Shown: one piece after another, positions 49,678 to 58,521 of the stretch | How the letters are laid out: the number at the start of each line of letters is the position of its first letter | Numbering within the stretch: the first letter of the stretch is position 1 | From: Dehalococcoidia bacterium | GTDB lineage: Bacteria; Chloroflexota; Dehalococcoidia; Lucifugimonadales; GCA-002694895 | Direction: 5' to 3' | Assembly (NCBI GenBank): GCA_045564835.1 | Contig: JBJLGN010000025.1 | Span: forward strand, 2,809 to 66,808 | Length of the DNA stretch: 64,000 bases | Program-made: the position numbers and the translations under genes | The notes under the pieces: generated by a model | Databases searched by the model: none | Seen by the model: only the letters and a program-made list of their open reading frames with translations | What the model was told of the DNA's origin: nothing

Positions 49678-50577
49678 TTAATTTATGGGTATCAAGCCTT
49701 TAGCTTGATAGTATTGCTCGTCAGCTTTATAAGAACTTCTTACTAATGGTCCCGCAACAACACCTTTAAAGCCTAATTTTAATCCAATATCTCTAAGTTC
49801 ATTGAATTCTTCAGGTTTATACCATTTTTCAACTGTAGCGTGTTTGGGAGTCGGTTTTATGTATTGACCAATACTTAATAAATCACAATCCGCAGATCTT
49901 AGATCTTTCATAGTTGATATAATTTCATCCCATGTTTCACCTAATCCCACCATCATTCCTGATTTAGTAACACTATAATTGTTCAATTCTTTAGCTTTCA
50001 AAAGTAAGTCTAGAGAAAGAGTGTAATCTCCTTTTGCTCGAACAAATTTAAATACTCTTTGAACAGTTTCTATATTGTGATTTAAAGTTTCAGGGTTAGC
50101 ATCCATAACTGATTTCAAATCATCCCAATCGCCTTGAAAATCAGGAATCAGAACTTCAACTTTACATCCTGGTGTATTTTTATGAATCAGATTAATTGTT
50201 TGTCTGAAAATAAACGCACCACCATCTGGTAGGTCATCTCTATCAACTGAAGTTACAACAGCATATTTCAAGTTGAGCTTTTGAACTGCATTTGAAACTC
50301 TAATCGGTTCTTTTATATCTAATCCTATTGGCTTACCAGATTTTACAGCACAATACCTGCAAGCTCGAGTACATGTATCTCCTAAAATCATAAATGTTGC
50401 AGTTCTATTATCCCAGCATTCACCAATATTTGGACATTTCGCATCTGCACAAACTGTATTTAAAGAATTTTCTTTTACTAAATTATTTACTTCTATATAA
50501 TTTTTAGTTCCAGGCATTTTTGCTTTAAGCCAAGAAGGAAGTCTACGAGCAGTTGTCATATAATTGTAACTCCACAT
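49678..50577 (-). CDS. lipA: lipoyl synthase
   Basis: 299-aa ORF with the auxiliary cluster motif CADAKCPNIGECW and the radical-SAM motif CTRACRYCAV. The start could be the internal ATG (MTTARRLPSWLK). Confidence 0.95.
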   Translation of the reverse strand: MWSYNYMTTARRLPSWLKAKMPGTKNYIEVNNLVKENSLNTVCADAKCPNIGECWDNRTATFMILGDTCTRACRYCAVKSGKPIGLDIKEPIRVSNAVQKLNLKYAVVTSVDRDDLPDGGAFIFRQTINLIHKNTPGCKVEVLIPDFQGDWDDLKSVMDANPETLNHNIETVQRVFKFVRAKGDYTLSLDLLLKAKELNNYSVTKSGMMVGLGETWDEIISTMKDLRSADCDLLSIGQYIKPTPKHATVEKWYKPEEFNELRDIGLKLGFKGVVAGPLVRSSYKADEQYYQAKGLIPIN

Positions 50578-50626
50578 TTGTATTAAAATAATTATATACT
50601 AAATTATATAAATCCAATATAAATCT

Positions 50627-51832
50627 ATGGCAATTAAAAATAGTAAAAAGTTAATTAAACTAAAATTAGGCGATATTGGTGCTAATGGAGATACTGTTGC
50701 AACAATTGATTCCGAAACTATAAGTGTTTTTGGTGGCATACCTGGAGAAGTAGTATTAGCAGAAATTATAGAACAAAAAAAAACCAAAAGAAAAAGAAAA
50801 AGAACATTTGCTAGTGTCAAACAAGTAGTTATCTCATCAGAATACAGAATAAAACCACCTTGTAACTTTTATGGATTTTGTACAGGGTGCAATTGGCAAC
50901 ATATTAATTATGAACATCAACTTTATCTTAAACAAAAATTATTACATAAAGAATTACTAAAGTACTTAAATAATAAAATAAATATTAAAAATATAATAAG
51001 GAGTGAAAATCAATTTCACTACAGAAATCATGGGCGGTTTTCTATAAGAAGAAACGGACAAATAGGATTTACGAATAAGGTAAGCAAAAAATTTGTAGGT
51101 ATAAATAAATGTTTAATAATGAATAATAAAATAAACAAATATATTAAACATCTAGAAACAAAAGTCGGAGAAACATCTCAGATGTCTATTAGAGTTGGGG
51201 TGAATACAGACTCATATTTAATTCAGCCTAAATTAAACAAGGCTCAGATAAAAACAAAGACAGGACAAAAAAATTACAGTGAAAAAATCAGAAATAAAAA
51301 TTTTCAAATAAGCTCACCTTCTTTCTTTCAAGTAAATAGTGACCAAATACCAAAAATGACAGAAATCATACTTTCTTTAATACATGGAATAGATAAAGAG
51401 TTATTAGTTGACGCATATGCGGGAGTGGGAACATTTGGAATAATGTTAAATAAAAATTTCAAAAAAATAATTGGAATAGAACAATCATACTCAGCTGTAG
51501 TAGATGCAAAATCAAATATCAAAAGTTTAGATAATTATGAAATGATAATTGGAAATTCTGAAGAAATAATATCTGCAATAAAATCAAAAATAGATTTATT
51601 AATATTAGATCCTTCAAGAAAAGGATGTGATGAAAAATTAATACAAAACTTGCTATTACAGCCAGTAAAAAATATCATATATATATCTTGCGAACCGAAA
51701 ACACTTGCAAGAGATTTGAAACTGCTTACAGAAAAGTGTATTTATGAGCTAAGATCAATAAATCCCATTGATCTCTTTCCGAATACACATCATGTAGAAA
51801 GTATCTCATTATTAAGTTTAAAAAATCAATAA
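50627..51832 (+). CDS. 23S rRNA (uracil-5-)-methyltransferase RlmD/RumA-like (TRAM + Fe-S + SAM MTase)
   Basis: 401-aa ORF with an N-terminal TRAM-like beta domain, the Cys cluster CNFYGFCTGCNWQH, SAM motif VDAYAGVGTFG and the C-terminal catalytic region YISCEP. Confidence 0.8.
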   Translation: MAIKNSKKLIKLKLGDIGANGDTVATIDSETISVFGGIPGEVVLAEIIEQKKTKRKRKRTFASVKQVVISSEYRIKPPCNFYGFCTGCNWQHINYEHQLYLKQKLLHKELLKYLNNKINIKNIIRSENQFHYRNHGRFSIRRNGQIGFTNKVSKKFVGINKCLIMNNKINKYIKHLETKVGETSQMSIRVGVNTDSYLIQPKLNKAQIKTKTGQKNYSEKIRNKNFQISSPSFFQVNSDQIPKMTEIILSLIHGIDKELLVDAYAGVGTFGIMLNKNFKKIIGIEQSYSAVVDAKSNIKSLDNYEMIIGNSEEIISAIKSKIDLLILDPSRKGCDEKLIQNLLLQPVKNIIYISCEPKTLARDLKLLTEKCIYELRSINPIDLFPNTHHVESISLLSLKNQ

Positions 51833-51833
51833 A

Positions 51834-52037
51834 ATGAATTTATTTAACATAGGAAGTATGGAAATTATTTGGGTGATAGCCATCGCATTAATAATATTAG
51901 GACCATCTAAAATAGTAAATTTTTCTAAAGAATTAAGTAAAATATTAAAAACATCAAAAAGATGGATTTATGAATTGCAAAATTCATTTGACATAAATTA
52001 TCAATCTGAAGACAATGATAAAAATGAATCCAACTGA
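51834..52037 (+). CDS. TatA/TatB-family Sec-independent translocase component (TatB-like by position)
   Basis: 67-aa ORF. MNLFNIGSMEIIWVIAIALIILGPSKI shows a TM helix followed by an amphipathic helix. It lies directly upstream of tatC and overlaps it. Confidence 0.7.
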   Translation: MNLFNIGSMEIIWVIAIALIILGPSKIVNFSKELSKILKTSKRWIYELQNSFDINYQSEDNDKNESN

Positions 52038-52755
52038 GTCCAAAAGTACTTTTACTAACCATGTACAAGAATTAAGAAAAAGAATTGGTATTAGCATGCT
52101 AGTAATTATACTAGCATCAATTATCACATTCATATTTCACAAAAATATTTTGGAGTTTTTAATAAATCCACCTAATGGACTAACATATTTCAAAAGTACT
52201 AAACCAATATACACGGAATTAACTGAATATATATCGGTTGCTATAAAAGTGTCCATATACACAGGTTTACTAGTATCTTCTCCAATAGTTTTGACACAAA
52301 TAATATTATTTGTAAGTCCTGGATTAAAAAAAAATGAAAAGATATTTTTATATTCAAGTATTCCAATAATATACTTAACATTTACAACTGGATTAGTATT
52401 TGGCTTATATGTATTATTTCCTCCTGCTATACAATTTTTAGTTACATTTGGTTCAGATATTGCTGATCCATATATTCGGATTGGAAACTATATTAGTATT
52501 TTAATTTCACTGTTAATGTGGATGGGATTAATATTTCAAACACCACTTATAATGTTTATATTAGGAAAACTAAAAATAATAAATTCTAGAAAAATAAGAA
52601 AATTCAGAAGGTATTTTTGGGTTTTAGCATTCGTTATAGGGGCTATAGTCACTCCTACTTTTGATCCGGTCAACCAAACATTAGTAGCAGTACCAGTAAT
52701 ATTATTATTTGAGCTGGGATTTGTATTAGTTTGGATAATTAATAGAAAAGAGTAA
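52015..52755 (+). CDS. tatC: Sec-independent protein translocase TatC
   Basis: 246-aa ORF with NHVQELRKRI (HL-x-ELR motif) and about six predicted TM segments. The start may be the second ATG at 52024. Confidence 0.9.
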   Translation: MIKMNPTESKSTFTNHVQELRKRIGISMLVIILASIITFIFHKNILEFLINPPNGLTYFKSTKPIYTELTEYISVAIKVSIYTGLLVSSPIVLTQIILFVSPGLKKNEKIFLYSSIPIIYLTFTTGLVFGLYVLFPPAIQFLVTFGSDIADPYIRIGNYISILISLLMWMGLIFQTPLIMFILGKLKIINSRKIRKFRRYFWVLAFVIGAIVTPTFDPVNQTLVAVPVILLFELGFVLVWIINRKE

Positions 52756-52756
52756 A

Positions 52757-52942
52757 TTAGGATTTATTAGAATCAGAAGAAATAGATTTTTGATCATTAT
52801 CAGTGTCTTCAGACTGGGTTTTTCTGAATTCTTTTATAGCTTTACCAAACGAGCTTCCAATTTCAGGAAGTTTTTTTGCACCAAATAATAAAACACCAAT
52901 ACCCAAAATTGCAATTAATTCAGGTGCGCCTAATCCGAACAT
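52757..52942 (-). CDS. tatA: Sec-independent protein translocase TatA
   Basis: 61-aa ORF with MFGLGAPELIAILGIGVLLFGAKKLPEIGSSFGKAIKEFRK, the canonical TatA pattern. Confidence 0.9.
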   Translation of the reverse strand: MFGLGAPELIAILGIGVLLFGAKKLPEIGSSFGKAIKEFRKTQSEDTDNDQKSISSDSNKS

Positions 52943-52996
52943 AAAAACTCCATAAGAAAGTAATAATTACATGATACTTAAAATTAATTAGTAAAT

Positions 52997-53620
52997 CTAG
53001 ACTTTCCTAATAACACCGACTACTTTTCCTTTGATAATCACATCTTTTGGATCAAGAAATATAGATTTATATTTACTGTTTTCAGGTCTTAGTTCAACTT
53101 TGTTATCAGTGAAATAAAAACGTTTAAGTGTGGTTTCTTCGTTATTTGGGAGCCAGGCAGCAATCATTTCACCATTGTTTGCATTAACATCAGGTTTCAT
53201 GATTACTATATCGTTATTCGCAATTAAAGCATCAATCATAGAATCGCCTTTGACCTTTAATGCATATAAGCCAGATTCGTTATTTATGTTATTAGGCAAT
53301 TCAACATATGGGTCAGTATCTTCATTAAAAGATGATTCATCAGGATTTACCATCAATGGCTCACCTGCTGCAATATTAGATAAAATAGGAATTTTTATAG
53401 TATTAATTTCCTTGTTTAATTTTATCGCTCTAGATATGTCAGATCTTTTATTTAAATATCCGTTTTTTTGGAGTGACTTCAGGTTGTAGTCAACTACAGA
53501 GGTAGATGTGATGTTACAGCCTTTTTGAATTTCTCGTATGGTAGGAGATATTCCGTATTCAATATAGTAATTCTCAATAAATTTAAGAATATTATTTTGC
53601 TTATTATTTAATTTAACCAT
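52997..53620 (-). CDS. lexA: LexA repressor
   Basis: It has a winged-HTH N-terminus, the AAG cleavage site (SNIAAGEPL), the Ser nucleophile in KGDSMIDA and a Lys in TLKRF. I prefer ATG 53620 (MVKLNNKQ); the TTG 53638 used by the track lies inside the predicted operator. Confidence 0.9.
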   Translation of the reverse strand: MVKLNNKQNNILKFIENYYIEYGISPTIREIQKGCNITSTSVVDYNLKSLQKNGYLNKRSDISRAIKLNKEINTIKIPILSNIAAGEPLMVNPDESSFNEDTDPYVELPNNINNESGLYALKVKGDSMIDALIANNDIVIMKPDVNANNGEMIAAWLPNNEETTLKRFYFTDNKVELRPENSKYKSIFLDPKDVIIKGKVVGVIRKV

Positions 53621-53626
53621 TTGACA

Positions 53627-53655
53627 AATATAGCACAAATGTTCTAATTTATCAA
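53627..53655 (-). promoter_or_regulatory. lexA promoter (TTGATA-17-TATATT), only 6 nt upstream of the ATG
   Basis: Reverse strand: TTGATA (53655..53650), 17-nt spacer AATTAGAACATTTGTGC, then TATATT (53632..53627). Then TGTCAA, then ATG. Confidence 0.5.
53632..53645 (-). promoter_or_regulatory. SOS (Cheo-type) box, LexA operator
   Basis: The reverse strand reads AGAACATTTGTGCT. This is GAAC-N4-GTGC, one mismatch from the Gram-positive GAAC-N4-GTTC consensus, and it lies inside the lexA promoter spacer. Confidence 0.6.
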
Positions 53656-53665
53656 TAGGAAATAA

Positions 53666-53926
53666 TTATTGTTTTTTATTCAAAAAATTAAGTTGCTGTA
53701 AAAGTCTAGATTTTTTTCTTGCAACAGTATTAGCATGAAGTGCATTTTTCTGCCTAGCTCGGTCGAGAGCTGAAACGGCTTTTTTAGCAATTTCACCTGC
53801 TTTTTCAGAATTGCCTTCTGATATAGCTTTCTTTGTATCAGTAATTAAATTTTTGACCTTAGTTCGATAAGGTTGTTTTTCTTCATATCTTCGAGTAGAT
53901 ACTTTTGAAGATTTATTTAATGCCAA
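53666..53926 (-). CDS. rpsT: 30S ribosomal protein S20
   Basis: 86-aa basic ORF with a TTG start preceded by AAGGAG. ...RTKVKNLITDTKKAI...ALDRARQKNALHANTVARKKSRL is the S20 pattern. Confidence 0.9.
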   Translation of the reverse strand: MALNKSSKVSTRRYEEKQPYRTKVKNLITDTKKAISEGNSEKAGEIAKKAVSALDRARQKNALHANTVARKKSRLLQQLNFLNKKQ

Positions 53927-53936
53927 AATTTCTCCT

Positions 53937-54482
53937 TTAGTTAATCCTTTTTACATTCAAAACATTATTTATGTTTTCTAGTTTATTAATAATACTATAA
54001 AGTTGACTAGTACTTTTTATAAAAATTTTGAGTGTGATATAACTATGATCATCTTTATTTTCAGTAATACTGCCAGTAATATTGATACGTTGATCTGACA
54101 ATAAAGATGTAATATCTTTTAGTAATCCCACCCTATCTATAGCTTCAACAAAGATTCTAACAGAATATAGATTTTCATTTAACCCCCATGTAACATTAAT
54201 AAATCTATCCAGTTCTTTTTCATTCTCAATATTGCTACAATTTTTATTGTGAATTGTTACTCCTCGATTTCTAGTAATGTACCCTAATATTTGCTTTCCT
54301 TGCTCAGGAGCACAGCATTTAGCTAATCTAGTTGAAAGGTCACCTACACCTAATACTTTTACTTTGTCTGATTTTTTATCTATAACAGGTAATTTAGTTG
54401 AACTAGAAGAAGAGTATCCGCCAATATCTACTTTTTGGATTAATTCGTTAATCGAAAAATATCCAACTCCAAGGGTTGTTAA
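53937..54482 (-). CDS. relA: C-terminal part of Rel (zinc-finger/CC domain and ACT/RRM domain), in the +1 frame relative to the upstream 558-aa ORF
   Basis: My translation of this frame reads LTTLGVGYFSINELIQKV...LSTRLAKCCAPEQGKQILGYITRNRGVTIHNKNCSN...VRIFVEAIDRVGLLKDITSLLSDQRINITGS...VKRIN*. The track lists only its last 64 aa (53937..54131). It has no start codon of its own. Confidence 0.8.
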   Translation of the reverse strand, partial: LTTLGVGYFSINELIQKVDIGGYSSSSSTKLPVIDKKSDKVKVLGVGDLSTRLAKCCAPEQGKQILGYITRNRGVTIHNKNCSNIENEKELDRFINVTWGLNENLYSVRIFVEAIDRVGLLKDITSLLSDQRINITGSITENKDDHSYITLKIFIKSTSQLYSIINKLENINNVLNVKRIN

Positions 54483-56124
54483 CTAATTCTTCATATGAAT
54501 TGTAATTTGTTAAAGATACTAGCTCATCCATTTTCAAACCTAAATCTAGTTTTGCCAATTCTTTATCTAAAATGAATTGACCTCGTTTTATATTTTCTTC
54601 TTTTTCAGACTTTCTAAACCATAGTCTTATTTTTTCCTTTGCAGAAGCAGTCACTAAATAACCAAGATTAGGATTTAGCCAATCAAGGCTTGGTTCGCTT
54701 TCACTTGGACTCGTGACAATAAATACTTTGTCTCCATTTTTTAAAACTGAGTTTAAAGGGACTAATTTTTCATTAACTCTAGCGCCTATACAGGAATGAC
54801 CTATATCAGTATGAACACGGTAAGCAAAATCTAAAGGAGTAGATCCTGTGGGCAATTCTTTGATATCACCTTTAGGAGTAAACACATAAACCTGATCATT
54901 AAATATATCTGTTTTAAATGAATCTATAAATTCTTGATCTCCAGGTACTTCTCTTTGCCAATCTAATAATTGTCTTAGCCATATCATCTTGTTGTCAAAA
55001 GTTGAGTCGTCTAATGAACCTTCTTTATATTTCCAATGAGCAGCAATTCCATATTCTGCATATTGATCCATTTCTGACGTTCTTATTTGGATCTCTATCT
55101 GATAATTATCGTCGCCATTTACTGTAGTATGTATAGATCTATACATATTGTCTTTGGGTCGTGCAATATAATCGTCAAATTGACCCCCTAACGGCGGCCA
55201 AAGATCATGAATAGAACCTAAGGCAATGTAACAGTCTTTCACATCTTGGACAACAACTCTAATTGCAAATAAATCATTAATTTCATCAATAGACTTATTT
55301 TCTTTTTCGTAAGCTAATATTTTTCTATACGTACTAAATAAGTGCTTTGATCTTCCTTTTACATCAGCAGTTATTCCTTCATTTTGAAGTTTTTTAGCTA
55401 AAGAATTAGCTGCTTTTTCTATATATGTATCTCTATTTTTTCTTTTTGAATTAATTAATTTTGCTACTTTTTTATACATATTTGGATCTAATATTCGAAA
55501 AGACAAATCTTCTAATCTCCATTTAAAATCCCACATACCTAATCTGTGAGCCAGGGGAGCATATATTTCCATGGTTTCTTTGGCAAATTTTATTTTTCTT
55601 TCTCCTGGAAGTGGATCAACTGTTTCCATGTTATGCAAACGATCACTTAATTTAATTAATACAACGCGTACATCCTCAGCTACAGTCATCAGCATTTTGC
55701 GTAATGTTTGTGCCTCTGCAAGAGAATGTGTTTGAGTGTTTTCTTCCCATCGTATTTCAGATACATTTTCAACTTCTGTTAATTTAGTTACTCCAAAAAC
55801 TAATTTTGCAATGTCTTCTCCAAATTCATCAGTTAAATCTTCATTAGAAACATCACAGTCTTCTACTACATCGTGCAATAGTCCGGCAGATATTGTTTGG
55901 TAGTCCAAATGTAATTCAGCCAAATTATAAGCAGTAGCTAAAGGGTGCATAATAAACCTTTCACCTGTGAGTCTAGTTTGGTCTCCATGAGCTTTCTCAG
56001 CATACAAGTAAGCTTTTTTAACTATATTTGTATGATCTTTACTCAAATAAGAATCAATTAATTTTTGGAATTTTTTGTACTGTTTATCTAAATTAGCTAC
56101 AACCATCTTATAACCTTGTACCAC
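54448..56124 (-). CDS. relA: bifunctional (p)ppGpp synthetase/hydrolase Rel (RelA/SpoT family): HD, synthetase and TGS domains
   Basis: 558-aa ORF with the HD motif LLHDVVEDC, the synthetase region YRSIHTTV...EIQIRT and the TGS region VYVFTPKGDIKELPTGSTPLDFAY. It ends abnormally (...EELVNNPWSWIFFD*) where homologues continue. Confidence 0.9.
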   Translation of the reverse strand: MVQGYKMVVANLDKQYKKFQKLIDSYLSKDHTNIVKKAYLYAEKAHGDQTRLTGERFIMHPLATAYNLAELHLDYQTISAGLLHDVVEDCDVSNEDLTDEFGEDIAKLVFGVTKLTEVENVSEIRWEENTQTHSLAEAQTLRKMLMTVAEDVRVVLIKLSDRLHNMETVDPLPGERKIKFAKETMEIYAPLAHRLGMWDFKWRLEDLSFRILDPNMYKKVAKLINSKRKNRDTYIEKAANSLAKKLQNEGITADVKGRSKHLFSTYRKILAYEKENKSIDEINDLFAIRVVVQDVKDCYIALGSIHDLWPPLGGQFDDYIARPKDNMYRSIHTTVNGDDNYQIEIQIRTSEMDQYAEYGIAAHWKYKEGSLDDSTFDNKMIWLRQLLDWQREVPGDQEFIDSFKTDIFNDQVYVFTPKGDIKELPTGSTPLDFAYRVHTDIGHSCIGARVNEKLVPLNSVLKNGDKVFIVTSPSESEPSLDWLNPNLGYLVTASAKEKIRLWFRKSEKEENIKRGQFILDKELAKLDLGLKMDELVSLTNYNSYEELVNNPWSWIFFD

Positions 56125-56192
56125 TTGAATATAAATCTTTATGTTACTAACATTAATTATAATAAAAATTAATAAATTAGATAAGGACTAAA

Positions 56193-57461
56193 ATGTTCAG
56201 TTCAATCAGAGGAACAAAAGATATATTACCTAAAGACCAAAAATATTGGGATTATTTTAAACGTCATGCTTTTAAACAAGCCGATATATATGGCTTCGAA
56301 AGAATAGAAACTCCTACTTTTGAAACAACTGATTTGTTTTTAAGAGGAATTGGAATGGGCACAGATATAGTTACAAAAGAAACTTATTCATTTTTAGATA
56401 GAGGAAACAACAATATTACATTAAGACCAGAAGGGACAGCATCGGTGTGCAGAGCATATATTCAAAATTCGATGAACAGTGAATCGCAGCCAAAAAAATT
56501 GTACTATTTCACTTCGATTTTCCGATATGAAAGACCTCAATCAGGCAGATTAAGAGAACATCATCAATTTGGAATCGAAACAATAGGCAGCAATGATCCC
56601 CTATTAGATGGAGAAATAATACATTTTGCCTGGAATTTATTGAACAATCTTGGAATAAAAAAACTAAATATAAATATAAATACAATCGGAGATAAAACTG
56701 ATCGTATAAATTATATAAAAACACTTGATAATTATTATTTCAAAAGTGGGTGGAATAAAAACAAATGCAAAGACTGTGAAAATAGAATAACAACAAACAC
56801 TTTGAGAATTTTAGATTGTAAAAATAACGACTGTCAAAACTATATTAACGAATCTCCTGACATATTAGAACATGTTTCTAATTCGTCACTAGCACATTTT
56901 GATAAAGTAAAAAACTATCTAGATCTATCAAATATTAAATACAATATTAATAAAACATTAGTCAGAGGATTAGACTACTATACAAATACTGTATTTGAAA
57001 TCACATCAAACGAGAAAAAAAGTCAAAATGCATTAGTAGGAGGAGGAAGATATAATGGCTTAATAGAACAGTTGGGAGGGGCGCCAACTCCTGGAACAGG
57101 ATTTGGGATGGGTGTTGAAAGAGTAATAAATGAAATTATCACATTAGGAATCAACATTCCAGAACAAGAAAAAACCAAAATTTTATTTACCTCCATAGAT
57201 CCTAGTTCTTACGAAAACAAGGTAAAATACAATCTTATTGCAAGAGGGAATAATATTAACTCAGAAATATCTACAGATAATAAAAGTCTAAAATCAACTA
57301 TGCGTTATGCAAATAAAAACAAATTTACAATTATTGTGATATTTGGTAAAAAAACAGATATCAATCAAAAATATATATCAACAAAAAATTTAAACAATGG
57401 AAATCAACAAGAAATTAACGAAAATCAACTATTAGAATTATTAAAAAAAACAAATGAGTAA
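56193..57461 (+). CDS. hisS: histidyl-tRNA synthetase
   Basis: 422-aa class-II aaRS with [26 protein letters not shown] and GGGRYNGL. Confidence 0.95.
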   Translation: MFSSIRGTKDILPKDQKYWDYFKRHAFKQADIYGFERIETPTFETTDLFLRGIGMGTDIVTKETYSFLDRGNNNITLRPEGTASVCRAYIQNSMNSESQPKKLYYFTSIFRYERPQSGRLREHHQFGIETIGSNDPLLDGEIIHFAWNLLNNLGIKKLNININTIGDKTDRINYIKTLDNYYFKSGWNKNKCKDCENRITTNTLRILDCKNNDCQNYINESPDILEHVSNSSLAHFDKVKNYLDLSNIKYNINKTLVRGLDYYTNTVFEITSNEKKSQNALVGGGRYNGLIEQLGGAPTPGTGFGMGVERVINEIITLGINIPEQEKTKILFTSIDPSSYENKVKYNLIARGNNINSEISTDNKSLKSTMRYANKNKFTIIVIFGKKTDINQKYISTKNLNNGNQQEINENQLLELLKKTNE

Positions 57462-58437
57462 AAGATTAGAAAGCAAAGTAAACGAAACACTCAGTGAGTT
57501 TAGATTAATTGAATCACAAATTTCAGATAGTATCTCATCCAATTACGAAGAAAACAAATCTATATATGTAAAATATTCTGAGTTAAAAAAAATTGCTGAT
57601 GTTTGTTATGAATACGATAGTATACGAAATCAAATAGAAGAACTAAACTCAGTAATAAAAGATCCAGATTCAAACGAAATACATGAATTAGCAATAGAAG
57701 AAATAAACGAACTAAAAGCAAAATTAGAAAAATTACAAATACAACTAGAAGACAAGTTTTTCAATACAGATCAAGATGATACAAGTAATGTGATAATGGA
57801 AATCAGAGCGGGAACAGGCGGTGAAGAAGCTTCACTATTTGCGCAAAACTTATATAGGATGTACACACGATTTGCTCAAAGAAATGGATGGAAATCAAAT
57901 ATTTTAAATTCAAATACAACTGGATTAGGGGGAATTAAAGAAATTGTGTTCGAACTTGTTGGAGAAAATGTATATAAGAATTTAAAATACGAGAGTGGAG
58001 TACATAGAGTTCAAAGAATCCCATCTACAGAATCAAGTGGAAGAATACACACATCTGCAGCAACAGTAGCAGTTTTACCTCTTCCAGATGAGGTTGATAT
58101 AGAAGTTAGTCCAAATGATCTGCAAATCGATATTTTTCATGCTAGTGGGAATGGCGGTCAGAATGTTCAAAAAGTTGCTACTGCTATCAGAATAACTCAC
58201 GTTCCAACAGGTATAATTTCAGTATGCCAAGATGAAAGATCTCAACTGAAAAACAAAGAGAAAGCATTATCAGTACTTAAAGCAAGAATATATGATATGG
58301 AAAAAAGGAAAAAAGAAGAAGAAAGAGCTAAGAATCGCAAAGAACAAGTTGGATCCGGAGACAGGTCTGAGAGAATCAGAACATATAATTTCCCGCAACG
58401 TAGAGTCACAGATCATAGAATCAAAATTTACTCATAA
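57454..58437 (+). CDS. prfA: peptide chain release factor 1; the C-terminal ~28 aa continue in the +1 frame to 58510
   Basis: It has the RF1-type tripeptide motif ([10 protein letters not shown], the P-x-T class) and GGQ (SGNGGQNV). Frame 0 ends ...[10 protein letters not shown]. The overlapping +1 ORF (track 58292..58510) ends [28 protein letters not shown], which is the expected RF1 C-terminus. Confidence 0.9.
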   Translation: MSKRLESKVNETLSEFRLIESQISDSISSNYEENKSIYVKYSELKKIADVCYEYDSIRNQIEELNSVIKDPDSNEIHELAIEEINELKAKLEKLQIQLEDKFFNTDQDDTSNVIMEIRAGTGGEEASLFAQNLYRMYTRFAQRNGWKSNILNSNTTGLGGIKEIVFELVGENVYKNLKYESGVHRVQRIPSTESSGRIHTSAATVAVLPLPDEVDIEVSPNDLQIDIFHASGNGGQNVQKVATAIRITHVPTGIISVCQDERSQLKNKEKALSVLKARIYDMEKRKKEEERAKNRKEQVGSGDRSERIRTYNFPQRRVTDHRIKIYS

Positions 58438-58521
58438 CGACATTGAAAAAGTATTAGACGGCGAATTTATTTCAATTATAGAATCACTAACTTCTATGAT
58501 TAATGAATAAGTGAAATATTA

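Noticed and set aside
50599-50820. 73-aa minus-strand ORF between lipA and the rlmD-like gene
   Set aside because: It is mostly antisense to the conserved TRAM-domain start of the rlmD-like gene. It looks like a hydrophobic shadow frame with no Shine-Dalgarno sequence.
54277-54486. 69-aa plus-strand ORF in the apparent gap between the two rel fragments
   Set aside because: The opposite strand at these coordinates encodes the conserved Rel zinc-finger/CC region in the +1 frame, so the gap is really a frameshifted rel.
58411-58440. Programmed +1 frameshift of the prfB type
   Set aside because: The protein is RF1, not RF2 (PST tripeptide motif, no SPF). The shift is at the extreme C-terminus and there is no CUU-UGA slippery/stop context or internal Shine-Dalgarno sequence. 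A homopolymer indel error is more likely.
58292-58510. 72-aa ORF listed as if it were a separate gene after prfA
   Set aside because: Only its last ~28 aa are meaningful, and they are the canonical RF1 C-terminus. The N-terminal part is an out-of-frame reading of prfA.
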